The notes under the pieces were generated by a model. The model was not told the DNA's origin. It did not search any database and saw only the letters and a list, made by a program, of their open reading frames with translations. Below, piece by piece: positions 50,155-60,835 of a DNA stretch of 64,000 nucleotides. Position 1 is the stretch's first letter. Each line of letters starts with the position of its first letter. The position numbers and the translations under genes are program-made. Source of the DNA: Utricularia gibba (lineage: Eukaryota > Plantae > Magnoliophyta); assembly GCA_002189035.1 (NCBI GenBank), contig NEEC01000002.1:4340001-4404000 (forward strand), given 5' to 3'.

Positions 50155-51508
50155 TGTTAAGTGTCATTTTCTCATTACCTTTTATGTCGTTTTTATGTCT
50201 AAATGTGATTTAAATTTTTTAGTTAGGAGTTTATAATATAAGGTTTAGATTTTATCTAAATTAGGATAATTATCCTAAATCTTGTATTTTATCTAATATT
50301 TTTGCTAGTTTTGTTTAAGTTTTCTAGAGGCGAGCACTTGGTAAGACATGAGAGAAAGGAAGCAGTGGATGACGACAAAATGGATCTTCCCGAACTGATA
50401 TCTCCTTGATTTTTGAAAAATTGTAGACGCCTAATGATGTGCCTTGGCATGCGGTACTCAGAGTCTCTGAAAAAATGAAATCATTAGCGTACCAGTGTCA
50501 GAGCAAAAGTTTTCTTGCAAGTCACTCCAATCCAACAAGATAACAGGAACATGAAAACTCAAACAAAGTAGTTTAGTTAAGTTTAGTTCAGATAGTCAGA
50601 TTTCAATTTTAGTTTTAATTTAGACTTTTGTTTATCTCTCTAGAAGATTTTCCTCTGTCTTCTCTCTAGAACCTTGTTTTCATTTCCTTAGTTTGTATGA
50701 CCGTTCACGACTAGCAACTTCCGTTTCTAGGTTGGGCTACTCTCATATCTACATTTCGTTAGTTAATCTCCATTTCTTTTTTGAATTCGATTGGGTTCCG
50801 TAAGTCTTTCGCACAATTATGTTATAGTCTTTTTATAACAAACCCCTTATTTAAGATTCATGGTAAGCTAATCATTACTGCTAGTTTTGTAAAAGAGCAA
50901 GGTGGAAAGCACCAATTCATAACCTTGTGGTAGAAGGCAAACAACACTTTGTCTGTGACTGTACCTCATGATCAATGGATAGATAGTGATCTTGTATCTT
51001 GACTCATTGGGTCACTCACAACACTTGGGTACACACACACACAATTCAACAGTGAGGGTACAGCAACAGTACCTCTTATCTTTACATTTGTCCAAGGAGG
51101 AGCAACATCGGGCTATTCTCATGCCTTCTTGCAAGAAAGTGTAAGGGAGGGTAGATAATTCCTTACTTCTATAACCGAGTACTCGAGAAGATCAAAGAAG
51201 AGTGAAGACGTGAAGAACGTAGCTGAGCAGGATTCCATTCACAGGGACATTTTCTTTATTTAAGGTTTATCGCTTAAGTTTATTTCCGTTGTTTGTTTAC
51301 AATCCTCTTACCCCCTTACTCAAACTTCATCATTTATGTTTCTCGCATTTTTACTTTACAAACCTGTTTCCAAATCGTGATAATTGTATTTGGCATAACA
51401 TCATCTTTCACTAAAAAATAACTCCGTGTGTTCGACACCCGTACTAGACAATTATATTTTATGTGTTTTAAAAATATTGAAAATTTATTGTGGAAACGAT
51501 ACGTATCA
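50155..51508 (+). mobile_element. Solo LTR, 1354 bp, of a different Ty3/Gypsy family
   Basis: TGTTAA...GTATCA termini; perfect TSD ACTCC (50150-50154 and 51509-51513); removing it rejoins the Copia flank. Confidence 0.88.
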
Positions 51509-54214
51509 ACTCCTTTTGTTGCTCTTATTGTGCTAGATAGCCATAACATTTCTTTCAAAGATGTCTCTTTTTCCCATAGTGGAAGCAGGTTCTTGTCTCA
51601 TGTTTCTTTTCATGCTTCTGCTATTTTCCCTAGGATTTATCTCCCTATTTAGATTTATCTTACCCTCGACTCTTAGCCCTCTCCCTTGAACGATCTTTGT
51701 ATTTATTCTCACTATAGGCGAGGGTGGACATAGAATCAACATCACTCATAATTTCTATATTTCACCTCATGAGTTCCTCCTCCAATAGTGACTTTGCTAC
51801 TACAACATGTTTCTGGCCTCCATTCATCGAGTTGCTAACCATAATTACCGGTGTCTCTCAAGAACTAGGTAATGTATCCATTAATCGCTTTTATCTCTTC
51901 ATTGAAACTCACCTTGACAGCAATTATCTAATCCACAATATCCTTAGATTTACTCAAACATTCAAATATTGAGTCATCATCTTTATACTTCAACCTCGAC
52001 ATACTCTTATATAACATGGGCTTGTTTAAGGTGTTGTTAAGTTGGAACACTTCTTTTAACACTTTTCACAATTGTGGTGCATCATCAAACTCATTGATTC
52101 TATGCAGCAATCTATCATCAATGCATAGATTCATAATAGCGATTGCTTTCAATTATCTGCCAATCCATTTATGTGAACACCAGTTACAAAAGTCTTCCAA
52201 AAATCTTTACATGTTAGCACTGATTTGATCTTAGACTGCCACGAGGAGTAATTTGTTGCGTTCAACTTTGAAACATCGTGAAACTCATTCATAACTTCGC
52301 TTTGATACCGATTGCTAGAAACACTAGAGATGATGTAGGAATTGAATGGAATCAGAAGCCCACTAGTCTTACGTACTTATGAAAATGATGTGTTCATTTT
52401 TGTGAGGGACACATAATTTACTAGGTAAAACCCACCAAAGCTGGGAAACCTCACAGGCGTAAGAATCACTTATGCAAGAAATAATTCACTATGCTTCACC
52501 AATACACAAAAAGTAATAGTAGCACACTACCTTGCACATCTACCATAATAGACAATAATATCAGTAAGTCATATCTCTATTGTGCTCGAGCAGCCCCTGA
52601 TCACAGGTCAGAGACTTCACTGAAACAAATAGAATAATTCTCTCAACTGCATCCAATAATCTTGCACATATCTCTTATATGTTGATTGATCATAATCACA
52701 ACGTCGCAACAGTTTCCATCAAGCCCACTGCATCACTCTCACTATTCAACCCAATTATGGTTACGTTGCTCCACTTCGAGTCAATCTCCTAAGGTGAGAA
52801 CCCAGTTGCGAGTGAATGGTGTTGCTCTCATCAATCCTCTTCGGTATCACTTATGACAATTGATTTTGTATATACGAGGACAGAATCAGGGATTACGTTG
52901 ATGGGGTGATGATCGCAATATTAATCCCACTACTATGATAAAGTAGTTGCGATGCGGTTACACTTTATTACACAGTCAAAAGGAGGCAGTTAATCTAGGT
53001 TTGGTAGTTTTTATAGAGGTGAAACAATAAAATGAAGAAAAAGAAAACGAAAATGACGAATGTGTCGAAATAATGATGGTCGGCGGACGGCCGCCGCCGA
53101 AGGCAAACGTGTGGTTGATATCGCCGAGCAAAGCCTAGATGCCAGTGAGGCGGAACACTTTATTTTATTCCTTCTTGTCTGAATTCTCAAATCCCAGATA
53201 GATATTTTTGTAGACCATAGCCACCAAAGTGTGACACGTCCTACGTTGTGCTGACTTGTACATGTACTACCTTTGGGGGATTAGGCCGAAACCGCCATGA
53301 CCGACGCTCGTCAGGCCTGACTCTGGGTTTTGCCTTATGTTCGTTGTGGGTTTATTAAGATTCTATCTTGGAATTTGGAGAAGGTTTTAACTCGAAGAAA
53401 CGGATCTATCTAATTGGAATCTTCAGAAAAGGTGGAAGAAGAACCAATTCATTCTTCTCATCCTCCCCCTCCTCCTTTGGTTTTACTTTGTTTCTGGGCT
53501 CCTCATCTTTTTTATTTTTTGTCGGCCTTCAAGGTTCCCTTTTTGCTCTCTTATTTGAATACTGATTTCTGCACAATTTTGTCTACTCGTTTCTTTTCTG
53601 GTTCGTTTCCTGTTAGACCATGTTTGTAATCAGAGTTTTAATGTCCTCTCAAGAATTTTATCCAGATTGGTGTTGCCTGGCATTGATATTATGTTTGTAT
53701 ATTGCAGGGAACAGGACACAAGTGCAAGTTTCAAAATCAGCTGTGAGTCGGTACCGTTGTTTCCTTCTATTATAACCAACTCAAGTTCTTTGTTTGTTTG
53801 TTTTTTTAATTGTGGACTGGGCTGTATTTTCTTCTTTAGTTGCTGCAACAGTTTTTGGCTTCTTATCTTCCGGATTCTGGGTGATCAAATATTTTTGAGT
53901 CGTTGTTGTTCACTTGTTTTTTTGCAACTGTAGTTCAGTTTTCTTATTATCATCTGGTGGCAACTCAATATGCGATCAATGTTCTATGGAATTAGGGCAA
54001 TATTGCATGTTATTGATCATATTTATTCATGTTGTTATGCAGTTTTGCTTGGGCTCGAATCAATGTTCTATGGAATTAGGGCAATATTTTTGAGTCGTTG
54101 TTGAGAGACCGTCTGAGTGATACAGGATAAATATATATTTTGCATTCTATAGGAAGAGTCTAAACTGAAATTTCCCGCACTTCCGAAGAGTGTGGATAAC
54201 CTTAAGCATTTTGC

Positions 54215-57200
54215 ATGTCTGGTTCTGCGCCTACAGTTGATATTTTGACAACAGGACTCTCTCTTTCAGACAGGACAAGATCTATAGATCCAATTAATTA
54301 CAGTGAGACAAGCTTTTTGGTGCCAGAACATGATAGGGTCTCTCATGCCTCTTCTGTAACCAGTGAACTTGTGATTCGGGAGGTCTTTTTGGTGAATGGG
54401 GAATATTACTCAGGTTCATTACATGGGAATACGCCAGAAGGTTTTGGGGTATATGTTTGGGCAGATGGCTGCAAGTATGAGGGTGAATGGAGATGTGGGA
54501 TGAGGCATGGATCTGGAAAACTTCGATGGCTGTCTGGTGCTCACTATGAAGGTGAGTTTTTGGGAGGTTATATTCATGGATCTGGGACATATACAAGATC
54601 TGACAAAATGACTTACGAAGGTAAATGGAAGTTGAATCTCAAGCATGGTTTAGGGAATCAAAGATTCCCTAATGGAGATACCTTTGAAGGATCATGGATT
54701 CAAGGATCTCTTGAAGGACCTGGGAAGTATAAATGGAACAATGGGAATGTGTACATAGGGCACATGAAAGGGGGAAAATGTCGGGAAAGGGAACTCTTAC
54801 ATGGACTAATGGTGATTCATATAAGGGTAGCTGGTTGAGTGGAATGATGCATGGATTTGGAGTGTACACATGGGGAGATGGTAGCTGCTATGTCGGGACT
54901 TGGACTCGAGGTCTCAAAGATGGAAAAGGAACATTTTACCCAAAGGGAAGCAAAATTTCATTGCATCAGCGACTGCAAATTGATGCCTTAATAAAGCAAG
55001 GGATGCTGCCTGATCTTAAGAAACAGAATCAGGTTTCACATGCAACGTCAGTGGATATGGGGGATGTTAAGGTTGAAAGGAGCCAAACTGCGGCGTCTAA
55101 ACATCCTATGAGTAACCTTTCCAATGGAAGCCGTCTAAACTTGGAGCCGTCTCCATCTTCGAATTCCTCCTTGGAAAGAAGTTGGAGTCTAGAGGTATCA
55201 ATTGAAAAAAATTTGGGGCATGCTCAATCAATGAATTCTTTTGATGCTTTTTTTGGAGGTGATGATAATGTGAATCAGACGAATCATCCTCCAATTATTG
55301 AAAAAGAGTATGTGCAAGGGGTGCTAATCAGTGAGCTTGTATTAAGCCAGTCATCAAAAAAGGCAAAAAAGAGAGAAAAGAAACTTATCAAAGAGATTAA
55401 GAGGCCTGGTGAACAAATCATCAAAGGCCACAGGAGTTATGATCTAATGCTAAGTCTGCAACTTGGAATCAGGTGAGGATCTTCATGTACTATGAATATA
55501 TTTTTGTGAACTTATTCTAAAAAGGTGCCAGAAGCATCATCAGGTACACTGTGGGAAAGATTACTCCCATACAGAGAAGAGAAGTGAGAGATACCGATTT
55601 TGGTCTGCGTGCTAGCTTTTCAATGACTTTTCCTAAAACAGGATCACGAATGACTCCCCGCATCATTCTGGAGACTTCAAGTGGAAGGATTATTGCCCTA
55701 TGGTTTTTAGGTGCCTTCCAGTTTTTAATAAGTTTCGTTCTTCTGTAACTAGTTTGTCTGCTAAAACGCTTTTGAAGTGATTCAGTTCATATGTCTCATA
55801 TACTTTGTAGGAGTCTGAGGGAGATGTTCAAGATTGATGCTGCTGATTACATGGTATCTATCTGTGGTAATGATGCACTCAGAGAACTCTCTTCACCTGG
55901 AAAGAGCGGCAGTGTCTTTTTTCTATCTCAAGATGACCGCTTTATGATCAAAACACTGCGGAACTCTGAAGTCAAGGTTGCACTTTTTTATCTTAGAAAA
56001 AAGCACAGATCGGCCTCATGAACTTTTGCGTTAATTTCAATTATCTGTTTGTCTGTGGGGATTATAAATAGACTTTGTTGTTGCAAATCATTTTTAGGTT
56101 CTGCTGCAGATGCTTCCAAGGTATCATCGTCATGTTCGGAAATATGAAAACACCCTTATAACAAAGTTCTTCGGTCTTCACAGAATCAAAGCTTCTAGTG
56201 GTCAAAAGGTAATGGCATAGTACAAATTATACTGAAAAACCGTAGTTCTGAAAATCCCTTGTGTTTGCAGTTTCGGTTTGTTGTTATGGGAAATGTGTTC
56301 TGCACGGAGTTACGAATCCATAGAAGATTTGATCTAAAGGGCTCCTCTTTGGGACGTTCAGCCAACAAGGTCAAGATTGATGAGAATACAATACTCAAGG
56401 ACTTGGATTTGAATTATTGCTTCTACTTGGAGCCTTCATGGCGTGATGCCCTCTTAAAGTAAGCTGTTTCTTAATCTGCAATGCTTCTATCTTAGTTACA
56501 CTCACTATCCATGTGCAGGCAGATTGAGATTGACAGCAAATTCTTGGAATCAGAGAATATCATGGACTACAGCCTCTTGCTGGGAGTCCACCACAGGGCA
56601 CCGCAATACCCTCGATCCCTGATTTCTTCCAGCATTCAGCCAGAATCTATTGACGGATTGGGAATTGTTGCAGAAGATGGTAAGCTGCTTTTATATTCTG
56701 ATTGCCATCAGCGAGTATTAGCTATATGTCACTTGTTCGATCTGATTTGCAAGAGTCCTTGGAAGATGAGATGCCTGCTCAAGGCCTTGTGCTTGTCCCT
56801 AGTGGCTCGGATGGCTATAGTTCAGTTGTGGGGCTGCACATTAGAGGCAGTCGGCTGCGAGCCTTGTCAATGACCGGCGATGATGCAGAGGTCGACCTTC
56901 TTCTCCCTGGCACAGCAAGGTGCGTGCAATTAGACATCTGGGTGATCAACTGCAATCTGAAGAAGAAGAAAAAAAAAATGGAGTTTTATGATGATACAGA
57001 TTACAGATCCAGCTTGGGGTGAACATGCCGGCAAGAGCAGAGCGCATTCCGGGAGAAGCTGGTGCGGAGATAATTCATGAGGTGTACGACGTAGTGTTGT
57101 ACTTGGGGATCATCGACATCCTGCAAGAGTACAACATGAACAAGAAGATCGAGCATGCATACAAATCGATGCAGTTTGATTCCCTGTCAATATCTTCTGT

Positions 57201-57276
57201 AGATCCCAAGTTTTACTCACAGCGGTTCCTGGAGTTCATCAACAAGGTGTTCCCGGCGAATCCCGTAGTTGATTAG
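54215..57276 (+). CDS. PIP5K9: MORN-repeat phosphatidylinositol 4-phosphate 5-kinase, PIP5K9-like, about 831 aa; exons 54215-55472, 55544-55710, 55811-55976, 56098-56208, 56271-56458, 56519-56679, 56754-56919, 57000-57276; apparent 1-bp deletions near 54772 and 55657
   Basis: MORN repeats; kinase motifs [43 protein letters not shown]; all introns GT-AG and in phase once two homopolymer bases are restored. Confidence 0.95.
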
Positions 57277-57656
57277 ACAGACCATGAAGATTCTGTTGCG
57301 ACTGGTGCTATGCCTGTAATGAGATGAACTGCAACTTCAAAGTTGGATGCAGAAGGTCTGGTGTCTACCTTCGGAAACTAATCAAGCTTTCCGTGAGCCA
57401 AACAGGCAGCTTAGACAGCATTCTTAACAAACAAAGTGCTTCTAATTCATTCACAAGCAAACCTACCACACACATACTGAACACGTCAGTTTAGTTGGTG
57501 ATACTATCTTTCTGTCAAGAGTTGATTCCACTCCACTTCAAATTATATTTTCTTTTTATAAAATGTATTCGAAAATAATATTAACTAAAAATGAGTTAAA
57601 CCCAAGTTTATGGGCAGACCTTAATACCGCTAATAAGAGTCTGAACTAAACATTAA

Positions 57657-59930
57657 GGTCTTGTTTGATATGAAGTATAAAGTTCATTTATAATGAATTG
57701 AATGAAATCTTATTAAATTGGTATAATTATACTTCCATGTTATCCTCATATATATATATATATAAGGAAGAGGGAAAAGAAGAGAAATATTGGTATTTGT
57801 ATACCTAATGTTAAAATGACATTTGTACCCTTATTTTTTAATTATCTAGTTATATTTAATCATTTTAATTACTTTAATTTTATTATATTTGATTAACTTA
57901 GAATATTTCAAGTGATTTTTTTTCATCCCCTGGAAATTGTAACTTTTCTTTTTTAGATTTCATAACTTATCCTTTTCGGTTTTAATTTACATACCTTGCT
58001 ATTCTTTGGAAGATTGGCAATACAAATGTAGCAGTTTTGGATGCTCTCATTGCAACTGTCTTGTCACTTTTATTCCATTGCACAAATAAATGTCTTAGCA
58101 TTAGGATAGTGTCTGCAATATCATAGTTTTGATAGATGTTTAAAAAGAGACAAGATACATTTTTATAAGTAGATTCTTTATCCGATTATTTTATAAGTAT
58201 ATATAATTTTATTATAAACATTCTTTTTTGTATTATAGTGAAGAATGAATCCTTGTAATATTATTATGAACATTTTTTTATATTATAGTAAAGAATAAAT
58301 CCATTGTTTTTGTTACAGAATATTTGTGCATGCCGAATTTTCTACTTTGATAGTGCTATTATTGTGGGGACTATCGATGCAAATTGAAATACTTTATAAA
58401 AGAAAAAATTTCAAAACAAATTGAGTATTGAAGTACTCTTATTTATAGTGTGAATAATTTTACCTTAAATAATTTGAGAATAAGTAAAAATGTTTTGGGG
58501 AGTCCATATTTCCTTCTACAAACATACTCAAGATTGAAAGCTTTAAGATATGTGACTGTCAAAAAGGTAGGCTCGTTTTTAATGATTCTGTTTCATCACA
58601 AGAAAGCATGAGTACATAAACATAACTTCTTGAAACGATATCAAGGTATTTCTAATCTATACTCCATGAGATTCTCTCATAAAAATCAATACCGTCAAAT
58701 TCATCTTCAAAATTTAGGTTTTTTATAGTATTGTTTATTTCACAATATGTTTTAAGACTGAGAAAGTTGATATGTATAAAAGAGATCAATAAGGTAAATC
58801 ATAGAAATTGCAAAGGCCATATTTCAACAAATGTTCTTGGAGTATGCAACAAAAGCATGAATTTCATATTTTTATTGGCTGGTTAGGAAGGCTCAACCAC
58901 AAATAGTAGATTATTATGTGATATATTATAACACCCTAATGGTTTTCAAGTATGCAAAGGTATGAATTACAAAACTTTACAAAGTATAAGCCTTTTTTTA
59001 GAGTGGTGCTGCCATTTTTTTTCTATTTGATATGAAAAAATGAAGCAAGATGATGCGTGGTGTCAGTTACATAATAAGTATGAGAAACAATTTGATAAAT
59101 ACATTTTTTAATTTTTTTTCATAGATACATAAAGTAGTTGATTATACTCAAATGAAGATTTTGGTTACTAATCGTAGAAAAAACAGTAAATAAAAGAGAC
59201 TAATAGTGATGGTTAGTCAAGGTACGTGCAAGAGTAGAAAATGGAAAACTTTTGAGATCTCATGCTCTCATGCACAACAAGTACGTAGTCAACTCTCTTG
59301 ATTACATATCTTAGATTTTGTATTACAATTATAACTTCATGTCTGAAAAATATGTTAAATGCTAAACATTGATTATAGGTATGTCATTCTATTCAATGTT
59401 AAATCTTGACCAATAGATTAGAATATATGAGAATTAAATTCAATCATTGGAATTTGATGATATATGGCAAACGGCACCATTTTTGTTGATCCATGACTCT
59501 ACTCTTAAAAAGAATATCTGCCCTAGATGACCTCAATCAACAAGATTTATAATGCCAATAGATTATCAAGGTTGAAAATTCACATGATATATGGCTAGAC
59601 CTGATGAGTTACTTCAAACACAGTTTACCCAAGAATATTAATCACAAAGACATTGAGTATCATTTCATGTATTATCTCATTCACACTAATACCCCATCAT
59701 ACTCAACCTAGATCATGGATGTGTTGTCCTACCATGCAACGAAATTATGATGTCCATGAGATCAGTACCTCTACTATATCAACCATTCATGGAAAAAATA
59801 TATAAATTTAAAAGAGTTATATGTATTTTATCTCTAAATAAAAATAAATTAATGTCATTATGCTATCTATTGTACTAGAAAAATGTTATATAAACTAATT
59901 TATCATAATTTATAGCACAAAACAAGATTC
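57657..59930 (+). mobile_element. PIF/Harbinger relic
   Basis: TAA|GGTCTTGTTTG terminus at 57657; degenerate DDE motifs (NVLGVC at 58830, AGW.EGS at 58875-58895); weak opposite terminus CAAAACAAGATTC near 59930. Confidence 0.6.
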
Positions 59931-59936
59931 AAAGCA

Positions 59937-60820
59937 TTGTTGGGTATCGCTTATACTTGTAGGCAGCACCCAAATCATTGCTAGGCATCGTTCATACAAC
60001 GAAGCAGTGCTCGAGGTAGACTTGGGCATGAGTCAGAGTCGACTCGTGAGTCCGGCGAGTCAACCCATCTAGGGTAGGACTTGTGACTCGAACTCATGGA
60101 AAATGAGTCAGGATCAAGTCACGAAACACGAGTTAGGGTCGACTCGCAAGTTGGGTCTATGTTAAGATCTATTTGATTTTTTTTAATTTTTTATTTTTTT
60201 AACAAATCTAGGGTTTGGACTAAAAGGCCAACGATTGAGCCCAACTCTTCATTAAACCTAGTTAATGATTTTTCAATCTCAATTACACAATCACCACCAA
60301 CAACTACGATTTTTTATTTGAAGCTCTAATTCTGAAACTTTTTTCCATCACTTCTTTTTTTTTTCGATTCTATTTTTTCTTGGATTCCATGTACACCGTC
60401 AATTCCAAACTTATAATAAGGAGGAAAAACTTAAAATCATATAAGATTTTTTAATTTAATTTCTTTTTTAATTAAATAAAATGAGTCGACTCAAGTTAGG
60501 ATCGAGTCATGCCCTTCAACTCGTCAACCCTAACTTGCTGAATCTAGGTTTCCAAATCGACTTGTGAGGGTCGACTTGTAACTCATGAGGCTTGGACCCA
60601 TGCCCAAGTCTAGACAGGGGTGACTTTTGCTTAGTAAGCTATTTGTACAACGAAAAAAATACCCAATAATGCCCTCGGCATCACTTATACTCATAAACAA
60701 CATTCAAACCAATTTTAGACAATTTACACCGTTAGGTAGCACCCAAGATGTTGTTGGGCACCGTTTATAGCCATAAGCAACTCCCAAAGCGTTTTTGGGC
60801 ATCACTTATAGCTGCCAGCA
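59937..60820. repeat. Degenerate 41-bp internally palindromic tandem repeats (probably CACTA-type subterminal repeats), interrupted by a MITE
   Basis: Units at 59937-59977 and 60751-60791 (TTGTTGGG...CCCAA) plus partial neighbours. Confidence 0.6.
60017..60612. mobile_element. hAT-type MITE, 596 bp
   Basis: Perfect 14-bp TIR TAGACTTGGGCATG / CATGCCCAAGTCTA; GACTCG/CGAGTC subterminal motifs shared with 50020-50136; no clear TSD. Confidence 0.85.
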
Positions 60821-60835
60821 TTTATGGATTCCACT

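Larger units (their letters stand above)
47043..52790 (-). mobile_element. Degraded Ty1/Copia element with two partial LTRs and nested insertions
   Basis: LTR homology 47043-47240 vs 52573-52778; tRNA-iMet PBS-like CGGTATCAAAGC (minus) at 52299-52310; gag 51510-52290; integrase AEMLNRTL about 49180-49205; RT MYVKTTFLHGDLKEEIYM and LVLYVDDM at 48051-48368. Confidence 0.85.

Noticed and set aside
47043-52790. Intact, datable Copia element
   Set aside because: Both LTRs are truncated, there is no TSD, and the interior is deleted and interrupted.
52783-52835. Box C/D snoRNA candidate on the minus strand (TTGATGA...TTGA; ACCTTAGGAG complementary to 25S CUCUUAAGGU)
   Set aside because: Non-canonical D box, no terminal stem, and the +5 guide position would be a G-U wobble.
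59937-60820. CRISPR-like palindromic repeat array
   Set aside because: Units are degenerate and contiguous with no unique spacers, there are no cas genes, and the context is a plant nuclear genome.
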